Origin: Acutalibacteraceae bacterium
GTDB lineage: Bacteria > Bacillota > Clostridia > Oscillospirales > Acutalibacteraceae
Length of the DNA stretch: 64,000 nucleotides
NCBI GenBank assembly: GCA_045614765.1
Contig: JAZLDN010000052.1
Span: forward strand, 341-64,340
Direction of reading: 5' to 3'
Shown: positions 19,066-27,941 of the stretch, in pieces
Layout: each line of letters begins with the position of its first letter
Position numbering within the stretch: position 1 is the first letter of the stretch
The notes under the pieces: generated by a model
Told to the model about the DNA's origin: nothing
What the model saw: the letters and a program-made list of their open reading frames with translations, nothing else
Database searches by the model: none
Position numbers and translations under genes: made by a program

Positions 19066-19092
19066 AAAAGGATACCTGATGGTATCCTTTTT
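19066..19092. terminator. bidirectional rho-independent terminator (serves bofA and the tRNA operon)
   Basis: Stem aaaaggatacc/ggtatcctttt with loop tgat. Confidence 0.8.
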
Positions 19093-19095
19093 ATT

Positions 19096-19186
19096 TGGCG
19101 CAGAAGGAGAGACTCGAACTCTCGCGCCGGTTTCCCGACCTACGCCCTTAGCAGGGGCGCCTCGTCACCAACTTGAGTACTTCTGC
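19096..19186 (-). tRNA. tRNA-Ser (anticodon GCU), CCA encoded
   Basis: Hand-folded. Acceptor GCAGAAG/CTTCTGC, anticodon loop CUGCUAA, long variable arm, T-loop GTTCGAGTC. Confidence 0.9.
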
Positions 19187-19217
19187 ATTGGTAACAAATT
19201 AATGTTATTAAATTCCC

Positions 19218-19246
19218 AAAATGCTGCAGATGAACTGCAGCATTTT
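19218..19246 (-). other. 12-bp perfect hairpin in the spacer between the two tRNA-Ser genes
   Basis: aaaatgctgcag/ctgcagcatttt with a 5-nt loop. Confidence 0.5.
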
Positions 19247-19251
19247 GTTTG

Positions 19252-19340
19252 TGGCGCAGAGAGTGGGATTCGAACCCACGGTACGTTGCCGTACGACGGT
19301 TTTCAAGACCGTTCCGTTATAACCACTTCGGTATCTCTGC
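19252..19340 (-). tRNA. tRNA-Ser (anticodon UGA), CCA encoded
   Basis: Hand-folded. Acceptor GCAGAGA/TCTCTGC, anticodon loop CUUGAAA, long variable arm, T-loop GTTCGAATC. Confidence 0.9.
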
Positions 19341-19356
19341 ATTTGATAGCCTTGAT

Positions 19357-19385
19357 ATATTATCATATCATTTTTAAAAAGTCAA
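19357..19385 (-). promoter_or_regulatory. sigma-A promoter of the tRNA-Ser operon
   Basis: On the minus strand: TTGACT, 17-nt spacer, TGaTAATAT. It ends about 17 nt upstream of the tRNA 5' end. Confidence 0.6.
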
Positions 19386-19508
19386 CAGTTTTTTTGCTTT
19401 TTGTTATTATTTTTAAACTTTTCTTTATTTTATATTCATAAATGAGCATATCTACATTGTAATTGTTAATGAAATATGCTACTATTATTTTTAAGGTGGT
19501 GTATATTT

Positions 19509-19928
19509 ATGGATATAATTAAAGAAATATGGGCAGTAAATCCTCCTGCAACATTTGCAACAATTTGCCTTGCACTTTATTTTATAGGTATGGCAGTTGT
19601 TTTCATCTCTTCTCCGTTGAAGAACGCAGAGAGCTTTTCTGTAAAACCTGTTGATAATGCCGGTAAAACAGAAATACGCGTTTATTATGGTGGTATTTCA
19701 GGTGCTTTAGGTGGTTTCCTTTTGTATCTTGCTTTTGCAACAGGTACAGCATACTATTCTCTTATAGGCGGTATGTTTTTTGCAACAACTGTTTTAGTAA
19801 CAAGAACAATTTTCCTTTTTGTTGATAAAGGGTGGAAATGCCCATATACAAAGCTTGCGATTCCTGCTGAGAGTGCATTTGTTGTCGCACTTTGGGTTTG
19901 CTTTTTTCTCGCACAGAAATATGTATAA
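19509..19928 (+). CDS. small 4-TM membrane protein (DUF4345-like)
   Basis: AAGGTGGTG RBS before the ATG at 19509. Four hydrophobic helices. Confidence 0.5.
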   Translation: MDIIKEIWAVNPPATFATICLALYFIGMAVVFISSPLKNAESFSVKPVDNAGKTEIRVYYGGISGALGGFLLYLAFATGTAYYSLIGGMFFATTVLVTRTIFLFVDKGWKCPYTKLAIPAESAFVVALWVCFFLAQKYV

Positions 19929-19934
19929 TCGACG

Positions 19935-19974
19935 TAATGCATAGTGCACAAACGCTATGCATTATTTTCATTTT
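19935..19974 (+). terminator. rho-independent terminator
   Basis: Stem taatgcatag/ctatgcatta, then TTTTCATTTT. Confidence 0.6.
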
Positions 19975-20087
19975 AAATAACATCAAAATTTTCTTTGTTA
20001 CAGTTGATTTTAACGTGATTTTAGTGTAAAATGTATAAACAGGTGGGTGAAAAACCCTGTTTTTATAAAACTTTTTGGAGGATTTGT

Positions 20088-22499
20088 ATGAATTACAAGC
20101 TTACAAAGAAGCAAGCAAAAGAAATGCTTGAGAATAAACTTCTTCACTTTTTCGGTATCTCAACCGAGAATGCAACATATGAGCAGTTTTATAAAGCTGT
20201 TACAATGATAGTGCGCGATATGATGGCTCAGGGTAGGGCAGAGCTTACCCAGAAGGCAGATAAAGAAGGTAAAAAGCGCGTATGCTATCTTTCAATGGAA
20301 TTCCTTATGGGTCGTTCTCTTAAAAACACCCTTTTTAACCTTAATCTTACAAATACATTTGAGAGTGTTCTTAAGGATTATGGTATTAAACTTGATACAC
20401 TCTACGATTGCGAGCCTGATGCAGGTCTTGGTAACGGTGGCTTAGGTAGACTTGCTGCTTGCTATCTTGATGGCCTTGCAACTCAGGGATATCCTGCAAG
20501 AGGTTACTCAATTCTTTACGAATATGGTATTTTCCGTCAGAAGCTTATTGAAGGCAGACAGACTGAGCTCCCTGATAACTGGCTTCCTGGTGGCGAGGTT
20601 TGGCTCGTACCAAGAGAAAGCAGTTCTGTAAATGTTTGCTTTGAGGGTAGAGTAGAGGAGTATTGGGATAACCACTACCATCATGTTGAGGTTAAAGATG
20701 GCAACGTGATTCAGGCTGTGCCATACGATATGTTTGTTGCAGGTAAAGATGGAAAGGGTATAAGTGTTCTTCGTCTTTGGAGCGCAAAAGCACCTGAGTT
20801 CGATATGAAGTCTTTTAATCAGGGCGACTTTATGCGTTCAATGGAGCGTCAGGCAATGGCTGAGGTTATTTCAAAGGTACTTTATCCAATGGATAACCAT
20901 CCTGAAGGAAAATCTCTCCGTCTTCGTCAGCAGTATTTCCTTGTTTCTGCTTCAATTCAGGATATTGTACGCCATCATCTTCGTGAATATGGTTCAATTG
21001 AAACACTTCCTGAAAAGGTGGCAGTTCATATTAACGATACTCATCCTACAATGGCAATTCCTGAGCTTATGCGAATCCTTCTTGATGAGTGTGGTTACGG
21101 TTGGGACGACGCTTGGCGCCTTGTTACAAATACAATGGCATATACAAACCATACTGTTATGAGCGAGGCTCTTGAATGCTGGAGCGAAGATTTAGTTAAG
21201 CGCCTTATTCCACGTATATACGATATTATAAAAGAAATCGACAACCGCTTCCGCGGATATGTATGGGAAAGCACACACGATGCAGGCTATGTTGAAAGAA
21301 CTGCTATCATTTCAAATGGTGCAGTACGTATGGCAAACCTTTGCGTTGCAGCTTGCCACAGTGTAAACGGTGTTTCAGCTCTTCATAGCCAGATTCTTAA
21401 AGATACTCTCTTTAACGATTTCTACAGACTTACTCCTGATAAATTCACAAACATTACAAACGGTATTGCTCACAGACGTTGGCTCTGTCAGGCAAACCCA
21501 AGACTTACAGAATATATTACAGAACTTCTTGGTGATGACAAGTTCGTTTACGATGCAGAAAATCTTTCAAGACACACTGCTTTCAAGGATAACGACGAGG
21601 TTCTTGAAAAAATTGCAGAAATCAAAAAGGCTAACAAGGAAGATTTTGCAAAGCGTATATTCAAGCAAACAGGAATCAAGCTCAATACAGATTCTATATT
21701 TGATGTTCAGGTTAAGCGTCTTCACGAGTATAAGCGTCAGCACCTTAACGCATTCAACATAATATCAGAATATCTTGCAATTAAAGAAAACCCTGATGGA
21801 GATTATGTTCCTAAAACATATATATTCGGTGCAAAGGCTGCTCCGGGTTACTATGTTGCGCAGCGCATTATCAGTATGATTCTTGAGCTTTCAGATATGA
21901 TAAACAATGACCCTGATATGAAAGACAGACTCAAAGTCGTTTATGTGGAAGATTACAATGTAACAAACGCAGAACGCCTTATGCCTGCAGCAGATGTTTC
22001 TGAACAGATTTCTCTTGCAGGTAAGGAAGCAAGTGGTACAGGTAATATGAAGCTTATGATGAACGGCGCTCTTACAATCGGTACTCTTGACGGTGCTAAT
22101 GTTGAGATTCATGAATCTGTAGGCGACGATAATATGTTCCTTTTCGGTATGCATACAGAAGAGGTTAACGCACTTCGTAAAGAAGGCTACAATCCGTTGA
22201 ACTATTACAATAATAATTCTGAGCTTCGTAAGGTGCTTGATTTCATCTCTCGCGGTGGAATAAACGGAAAAGACTTTACCGATATTTCAAGCACAATTAT
22301 TCACCACGACCCATTTATGGTTCTTGCTGATTTTGCTGATTATCAGCGTGCTCAGAAGAAGGTTCAGGAAACATTCCGCGATAAAAAGAAATGGAACAGA
22401 ATGTCTCTTATGAACATCGCTCTTTCAGGTCGCTTTGCTGCAGACCGCGCAATTAACGAATATGCTGAGAATATATGGAATACACAAAAAATGGATTGA
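20088..22499 (+). CDS. glgP: glycogen/starch (alpha-glucan) phosphorylase
   Basis: PLP-site signature 'EASGTGNMKLMMNGALTIGTLDGANVE'. GGAGGA RBS before the ATG at 20088. Confidence 0.95.
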   Translation: MNYKLTKKQAKEMLENKLLHFFGISTENATYEQFYKAVTMIVRDMMAQGRAELTQKADKEGKKRVCYLSMEFLMGRSLKNTLFNLNLTNTFESVLKDYGIKLDTLYDCEPDAGLGNGGLGRLAACYLDGLATQGYPARGYSILYEYGIFRQKLIEGRQTELPDNWLPGGEVWLVPRESSSVNVCFEGRVEEYWDNHYHHVEVKDGNVIQAVPYDMFVAGKDGKGISVLRLWSAKAPEFDMKSFNQGDFMRSMERQAMAEVISKVLYPMDNHPEGKSLRLRQQYFLVSASIQDIVRHHLREYGSIETLPEKVAVHINDTHPTMAIPELMRILLDECGYGWDDAWRLVTNTMAYTNHTVMSEALECWSEDLVKRLIPRIYDIIKEIDNRFRGYVWESTHDAGYVERTAIISNGAVRMANLCVAACHSVNGVSALHSQILKDTLFNDFYRLTPDKFTNITNGIAHRRWLCQANPRLTEYITELLGDDKFVYDAENLSRHTAFKDNDEVLEKIAEIKKANKEDFAKRIFKQTGIKLNTDSIFDVQVKRLHEYKRQHLNAFNIISEYLAIKENPDGDYVPKTYIFGAKAAPGYYVAQRIISMILELSDMINNDPDMKDRLKVVYVEDYNVTNAERLMPAADVSEQISLAGKEASGTGNMKLMMNGALTIGTLDGANVEIHESVGDDNMFLFGMHTEEVNALRKEGYNPLNYYNNNSELRKVLDFISRGGINGKDFTDISSTIIHHDPFMVLADFADYQRAQKKVQETFRDKKKWNRMSLMNIALSGRFAADRAINEYAENIWNTQKMD

Positions 22500-22650
22500 T
22501 TTTTCGGCTTTTTGACGAAAATGCATTTGGTGTGTCTATTTGAGAAAAATATAACTTGACATTTTTCGCCTTTTGGGGTAATCTATGATTATCTAAAAAG
22601 ATAAATTATGATGCCCTAAAAGGGCGCGTAGTGAAAGGGGTATTTTACCA

Positions 22651-23613
22651 ATGAAAAACTCTGATATGAAGGTAATTGCTATAATTCTCTCTATAGCTCT
22701 TTTCCTTACAATCGTTACAAGCAACGCAGTTTCAATTGCATCTGTTGTTTTGCTCGTTCGTGATGGCGTAGCTACAGAAGCTCCTGTAGATGGCAACCAG
22801 GGTGGTCAGACATCTAATCAGCCAAGCAATCAGGTGAACTCAAACAACACTCAAACAAACACTCAGACAAACACTCAGACAAACACTCAGACAAACAACA
22901 CTCAGACAAACACTCAGAACAACACAACAAATAACAACACTCAGACTGACAAGCCAGCTGACAATGCAAATGATCCTATCATTGCAGATCCTCTTGCAGC
23001 ATACACAAAGGCTGCTAAGGATATCCACGAGAATGCAGTTGCAGGCTACAAGAACAAAGCTTGGCAGGCAGTTGAAGGCGACCTTCAGCTCAGCAAGTTC
23101 GGTTTCCTTTCAGGTACTCTTACAAGCCTTATCAAGAGCTTCATGACAGAAGAGTCAGCTGCTGAAGAAAAGGTTAACGAAAAGGGTTCAGACGATGCTA
23201 AGAATCGTATGCCAATCAGCGATATTTCAGCAAGCTATGTTGAAAAAGCTACAGCTGTTAAGGAAGGCGACAACTATGTTGTTACTATCGTATTGAAGGA
23301 TCAGGTTAACCCATCTTACAATGATGCAGATGGTCTTATGAAGGTTTCAAGAGACTTCCTTGATATGAAGGACGTTATCAATACAGTTGCTACTGACGAA
23401 ACTGTTTCTAAGATTGTTAGCAAGGTTGATGGTACAATCACATACAAGGCATACACAATCACAGCTAAGATGAATGCACAGGGTCAGTTTATTGACATCA
23501 CTCACTACAGTGTTGCAGATATGGAAGCTGACGTTTCAGCTGTTGCTGTTGGTGATCTCCATGCATCAGGTGCTCTTGCATTCAACTCACACTACTACGA
23601 TTTCGTTTATTAA
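22651..23613 (+). CDS. membrane-anchored/secreted hypothetical protein with a T/N/Q-rich linker
   Basis: N-terminal TM/signal segment. 'NTQTNTQTNTQTNTQTNNTQTNTQ' linker. About 200-aa C-terminal domain of unknown function. Confidence 0.6.
   Translation: MKNSDMKVIAIILSIALFLTIVTSNAVSIASVVLLVRDGVATEAPVDGNQGGQTSNQPSNQVNSNNTQTNTQTNTQTNTQTNNTQTNTQNNTTNNNTQTDKPADNANDPIIADPLAAYTKAAKDIHENAVAGYKNKAWQAVEGDLQLSKFGFLSGTLTSLIKSFMTEESAAEEKVNEKGSDDAKNRMPISDISASYVEKATAVKEGDNYVVTIVLKDQVNPSYNDADGLMKVSRDFLDMKDVINTVATDETVSKIVSKVDGTITYKAYTITAKMNAQGQFIDITHYSVADMEADVSAVAVGDLHASGALAFNSHYYDFVY
22841..22946 (+). repeat. in-frame 12-nt tandem repeat (ACAAACACTCAG = TNTQ) with degenerate flanking copies
   Basis: Perfect units at 22855-22866, 22867-22878, 22879-22890 and 22906-22917. 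A 15-nt variant sits at 22891-22905. Confidence 0.9.
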
Positions 23614-23632
23614 TTAACTACATAATAAACAC

Positions 23633-23666
23633 AAACCGACTTGCTTTTGCGAGTCGGTTTTTTGTT
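23633..23666 (+). terminator. rho-independent terminator
   Basis: Stem aaaccgact(tgc)/(gcg)agtcggttt, then a T-run. Confidence 0.8.
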
Positions 23667-23782
23667 TTTGCCTTTTGAAGATTATGCTATTATATCCGTG
23701 TTCTTGTTGACTAATGCTTTTGTTTTCTGTATAATTATTATGTATATTTATGTACTGTGTATTCAGTTGAAAGGTATTTGAA

Positions 23783-24877
23783 ATGAGAAAAAATAAAAAC
23801 TTAAATAAAAACAAGAAAAATATAAAGAAAGGCTATGTAGTCGGTTGTGTAGCCCTTTCTGTTCTTCTTGCAGTAAGTACTTATATTACTGTTGTTGTGC
23901 TTGGTGTTGTAGCTGAGGAAAGTAAAAAAGGTACACTTATAGGAACTGTTAATAATACAGCGCCTACAGATTCAAATATTGTTTACGATAATGGATATAT
24001 TCAGAATATAACGCCTGATAATTCGCAGAATAATTCAGCGCAAGAGAATGTAAATGTAAACACAAATCCTGGTGTTAATAATCAGGTTAATAACAATGTG
24101 AATAATCAACACAACGGCAACCCAAGTGGTCCTGTTGAGCAGATAAACACATTAAAGGATACAAATAAATCAAAGGCAGATATTGTTAAAATATATGCTG
24201 ATGTTATGAACAATGCTAAAAAGAGAGCCCCAGGCTTTACAAAAATAGAGTATCAGGAACTTCCCGATGGAGAAGAAAACAGGGTTTTCTCAGAAGGTGG
24301 CGATAAAGCAGGCGATGAAGCAGTTGCCAAAATGCTTAATTTCGTTCAGAGTATGGGCGTTTTTGTTCCAAAGGAAGAGGCAGAAGCTAACCCATATATT
24401 CATGAAAAAGGCGATGCAGATATGGCGCGATTCCCTGTGTTTGACAGAGAAAAAGGCTCATATCTTACAGACCCCGAAAGTATCGAAAGCTATACATATA
24501 AAATGCTTCCCAACGGAAACGTGCGAATGAGTTTTGTGCTTGTTCCTGAAAATAATCCTGAACCTATAGGAGAAAATGAAGCTGTAGCTCCAAGCTACAC
24601 AGGTGCAGTATTTTCACCAATGTCTAAGGCGAAAATAGATGGTACAGTGTATCATCCTATTGTTACTGTTTTTGCAAGAGATATTAAATATTCCTTAAGG
24701 TATCATGATTGCTCTGTTGTTGTAGAATTTAATCCAGATACTATGGAGATTACATACCTTGAGCAGATTGCAAGAGTAAGTATCAAGGGCTCAGGCGATG
24801 TTGTAGGTCTGGGCAAAATTGGTCTCGAACGTCAGGAGCTTATTGGTACTGTTATTGTAAAGGACTTTAAATATTAA
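23783..24877 (+). CDS. membrane-anchored hypothetical protein with an N/Q-rich linker; distant paralog of 22651..23613
   Basis: Basic N-terminus plus TM helix. 'NVNVNTNPGVNNQVNNNVNNQHNGN' linker. The C-terminal domain shares motifs with the upstream gene. Confidence 0.6.
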   Translation: MRKNKNLNKNKKNIKKGYVVGCVALSVLLAVSTYITVVVLGVVAEESKKGTLIGTVNNTAPTDSNIVYDNGYIQNITPDNSQNNSAQENVNVNTNPGVNNQVNNNVNNQHNGNPSGPVEQINTLKDTNKSKADIVKIYADVMNNAKKRAPGFTKIEYQELPDGEENRVFSEGGDKAGDEAVAKMLNFVQSMGVFVPKEEAEANPYIHEKGDADMARFPVFDREKGSYLTDPESIESYTYKMLPNGNVRMSFVLVPENNPEPIGENEAVAPSYTGAVFSPMSKAKIDGTVYHPIVTVFARDIKYSLRYHDCSVVVEFNPDTMEITYLEQIARVSIKGSGDVVGLGKIGLERQELIGTVIVKDFKY

Positions 24878-24891
24878 TTCAGAGGATAACT

Positions 24892-25617
24892 ATGACTTTA
24901 TGGATTCTTTTTGGAGTGTGCTTTGTAATACAATGTTTTTCAACTCCGCTTTTTTTGAAACTTATCTGGCCTAACAGGTCAATAAAATCATTAATAGCAA
25001 AAATGGTTTGTGCCACACTTTTTGTATTGGTTGGTGTACTTTCTGTTAAAATTTCAGGTAACACCTCTGATTTTGCTCGGACAATGATGCTGGGTCTTGT
25101 TTTTGGGTGGATTGGAGATTACTTCCTTCATTCAGAAAGAAACAGTTTTTTCGGAATTGGTTTTGTATCATTTCTGGCAGGGCATATAGTGTATATTATT
25201 ACATATGTAAGGGCGCTTAATAGCTTTGATGGCTATAACCATTTCAATATTATCGAGGTTGCAACTCTGGTTATTCTTTTAGGTGTGTCTGTTTATGTGT
25301 TTAAACGCTATAAGCTTGAGTTTTCAATAAAGCTGTTGAAGATAGGCGTGTGGATTTATACGGCTATTCTTTGTACAATGTTTATTAAGGCAACGTCTTT
25401 AGGGATAAACTATGCTCTTTCCGGTGGTGCGTATGGTGTGCCTGCGGTTTTAGTGCTTTTCTTTGGCTCTCTTTTCTTCCTGCTTTCCGATGGCACAATT
25501 GGTGTGCTTATGTTTGGTGGCCAAAAAAAGAACAGACCTTTAAAGGTGTTTAATATTGTTACCTATTTCGCGGGACAGATGCTCCTTGCGTCGTCAATTC
25601 TTTTTGTTAATATATAA
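24892..25617 (+). CDS. YhhN-family (lysoplasmalogenase-like) membrane protein
   Basis: About 8 TM segments. 'WIGDYFLH' and 'FLLSDG' motifs. Confidence 0.7.
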   Translation: MTLWILFGVCFVIQCFSTPLFLKLIWPNRSIKSLIAKMVCATLFVLVGVLSVKISGNTSDFARTMMLGLVFGWIGDYFLHSERNSFFGIGFVSFLAGHIVYIITYVRALNSFDGYNHFNIIEVATLVILLGVSVYVFKRYKLEFSIKLLKIGVWIYTAILCTMFIKATSLGINYALSGGAYGVPAVLVLFFGSLFFLLSDGTIGVLMFGGQKKNRPLKVFNIVTYFAGQMLLASSILFVNI

Positions 25618-25634
25618 ATAAAGAGGTAAAAACT

Positions 25635-26807
25635 TTGTTTGATAAAATAGTAAGTCGCCGTGGAAGCGGCTCATATAAATGGGATACTGCTGTAACGGAT
25701 GATGCAATAGAAAGAGGCGCTTATCCTCTTTCAGTGGCAGATATGGAGTTCAGAACTCCTCAAGAGGTGCGTTCTGCAATTAAAGAATTTACAGAAGCGG
25801 GCTTTTTCTGCTACACCGATAGCGATAAAGTATATAGAGACGCTGTTCGTGAATTTATGGCACGACGTCATCAATTCTATATAGAGAATGATTGGATAAC
25901 TTGTGCTGGCGGTGTTGTTTTCGCAATAAATACTGCAATAAGAGCCTTTACAAATAAAGGTGATAAGGTTATCATTCAGTCTCCTGTATATTATCCTTTC
26001 AGGAATTCTATAGAAAATAATGGTAGAATTGTTGCAGATAATCCGCTTATCAGAAAAGACAATTCTTATGAAATGAATTTTGAAGAGCTTGAGTATATTG
26101 CTTCTCAGCAGGATGTTAAGCTTATGCTTCTTTGTAGTCCTCATAATCCTGTTGGCAGAGTTTGGACAAAGGAGGAACTTCAAAGAGTAGGGGAGATCTG
26201 CCTGGAAAACAATGTAGTTCTTCTTTCTGACGAGATTCATTTTGATATTTTAAGAAAAGATCAATGCCACACAGTTATAAATAATGCGGATAGCAGATTT
26301 TATAAGAATACTGTAATTTGTACTGCAGTAAGTAAATCATTTAACCTTGCAGGATTAGGTACTTCTAACATTATAATTGCTGATAATGTACTAAGAGAAA
26401 AGTTCAGAAAGCAACTTTCCGTAGACGGATATAGCTGTATAAATTGCGTTTCACGTCCCGCAACGATTGCAGCATATACCAAATGCGATTATTGGCTTGA
26501 TGAAATGAATAAATATGTGGATGAAAATATAGCTCTTGTCAAAGAAACAGTTGCTCAGATTCCTCAGATAAATATGTTAAATTGTGAAGGTACATATCTT
26601 GTATGGCTTGATATGAACGGTCTTGGGCTTAATGATGAAGAGCTTGATTTGTTTTTACGTAATGAATGCGGTATTATCCAGGACCCCGGAATATGGTTCG
26701 GAGAAAATGGTATGGGTTATACAAGGCTGAATGTTGCTTGCCCACGAGATGTGCTTAGGGAATGCTTAGCATCCTTAAAAAGTGCTATAGAAAATATTAA
26801 AAAGTAG
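25635..26807 (+). CDS. MalY/PatB-type PLP-dependent cystathionine beta-lyase (aminotransferase class I/II)
   Basis: 'RRGSGSYKWD' N-terminus and 'SKSFNLAGL' PLP-lysine motif. TTG start with AAGAGG RBS. Confidence 0.8.
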   Translation: MFDKIVSRRGSGSYKWDTAVTDDAIERGAYPLSVADMEFRTPQEVRSAIKEFTEAGFFCYTDSDKVYRDAVREFMARRHQFYIENDWITCAGGVVFAINTAIRAFTNKGDKVIIQSPVYYPFRNSIENNGRIVADNPLIRKDNSYEMNFEELEYIASQQDVKLMLLCSPHNPVGRVWTKEELQRVGEICLENNVVLLSDEIHFDILRKDQCHTVINNADSRFYKNTVICTAVSKSFNLAGLGTSNIIIADNVLREKFRKQLSVDGYSCINCVSRPATIAAYTKCDYWLDEMNKYVDENIALVKETVAQIPQINMLNCEGTYLVWLDMNGLGLNDEELDLFLRNECGIIQDPGIWFGENGMGYTRLNVACPRDVLRECLASLKSAIENIKK

Positions 26808-26814
26808 GTGCGCT

Positions 26815-27174
26815 ATGAAAATGAAAATTTTTTCTTTTGTATTAAGCTTTATTATTATTTTATCAATTCCTGTTTCAGTATCTGCAGCAAAGGAAACTGA
26901 AACAATGAATCTCCTCGGCTTTGACGAGAGATATACAGATATTTCAGAGATTGATGAATTAGGCAATCCCATGATTGAGTTGAGCGAAGAAAACAAGAAA
27001 GAAAATGAAGATGGAAAAAAACTCATGTATATAATTATTCTTTCTGCTTTGCTTGTTATTGCAATCGGCGTGTTTATTTATACCTTGCGTAAGGTTCCGA
27101 ATGAAGAAACCTTTGAGAAAGAAGAAAAGAAAAAAATAGCAGAATCTACTGATTCAACTGAAGGAAAAGAATAA
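26815..27174 (+). CDS. small type-I membrane protein (signal peptide, acidic ectodomain, TM, charged tail)
   Basis: 'SVSAAKE' cleavage-like site. TM helix 'IIILSALLVIAIGVFIY'. Confidence 0.5.
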   Translation: MKMKIFSFVLSFIIILSIPVSVSAAKETETMNLLGFDERYTDISEIDELGNPMIELSEENKKENEDGKKLMYIIILSALLVIAIGVFIYTLRKVPNEETFEKEEKKKIAESTDSTEGKE

Positions 27175-27179
27175 CTGAT

Positions 27180-27896
27180 ATGAGAAGAGTTTTAAGTCAG
27201 GTAAGAGCTGCTGTTGATGATTATAAAATGATAGCTCAAGGCGATAAAATTGCTGTTGGTGTATCAGGTGGCAAGGATTCGCTGTTGCTTTTGCGAGCGC
27301 TGTGCGATTTGAAAAGATTCTATCCTCAAGAATTTCAAATTGTTGCTATTACTGTGGATATGCGCTTCAATAAAGAAGATGGGGATTTTTCTTCGATACA
27401 GAAAATGTGCAACGAGCTTGGTATCGAGTATGTTGTAAAGCCTACAGATTTATATGAAATCATATTCGAAGTGCGAAAAGAAGAAAATCCATGTGCTTTG
27501 TGCGCGAGAATGCGTAGAGGAATTCTTCATGATACAGCAAAAGAGCTTGGTTGCAATAAAATTGCTTTAGGACATCACCTTGATGATGCGGCAGAAACCT
27601 TTGTAATGAATCTTCTTCTTGAAAGCAGAGTAGGCTGCTTTGCTCCTGTAACATACCTTTCAAGAAAGGATATTACAATGATACGTCCTCTTGTATATGT
27701 GAGAGAAAGAGAGGCTACCGCTGCAGCAGAAAGACTTTCGTTGCCCATTGTGAAAAGCGGATGTCCTGCCAATGAGCAAACCAAGAGGGAGGATGTTAAA
27801 CTTCTCCTTCAGGATTTATCAAAACAATATGGCGACGTGCCTGAAAAAATTGTAGGCGCAATGCAACGCGGTAAAATAGATAGATGGGAAAAATAA
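27180..27896 (+). CDS. PP-loop ATPase, TtcA-like tRNA 2-thiocytidine biosynthesis family
   Basis: 'GVSGGKDS' PP-loop. 'CALCARMRRG' and 'GHHLDD' motifs. Confidence 0.8.
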   Translation: MRRVLSQVRAAVDDYKMIAQGDKIAVGVSGGKDSLLLLRALCDLKRFYPQEFQIVAITVDMRFNKEDGDFSSIQKMCNELGIEYVVKPTDLYEIIFEVRKEENPCALCARMRRGILHDTAKELGCNKIALGHHLDDAAETFVMNLLLESRVGCFAPVTYLSRKDITMIRPLVYVREREATAAAERLSLPIVKSGCPANEQTKREDVKLLLQDLSKQYGDVPEKIVGAMQRGKIDRWEK

Positions 27897-27931
27897 AAAA
27901 ATCAGTCAGTTAAAAACTGACTGATTTTTTA
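27895..27931. terminator. bidirectional rho-independent terminator
   Basis: aaaaaatcagtcagtt/aactgactgatttttt. Confidence 0.85.
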
Positions 27932-27941
27932 TTTGTGATGA

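Noticed and set aside
19079-19441. 120-aa + strand ORF
   Set aside because: It is the antisense translation of the two tRNA-Ser genes and their promoter.
20037-20065. Possible attenuator hairpin in the glgP leader (aaacagg.ggg/ccctgttt followed by Ts)
   Set aside because: It has only about 8 bp with a bulge and few GC pairs, and it starts essentially at the predicted TSS. That is too weak to call.
22840-23028. Repeat array considered as a CRISPR or other non-coding array
   Set aside because: The unit is 12 nt, there are no spacers, and it is in frame within a long ORF. It is a coding tandem repeat.
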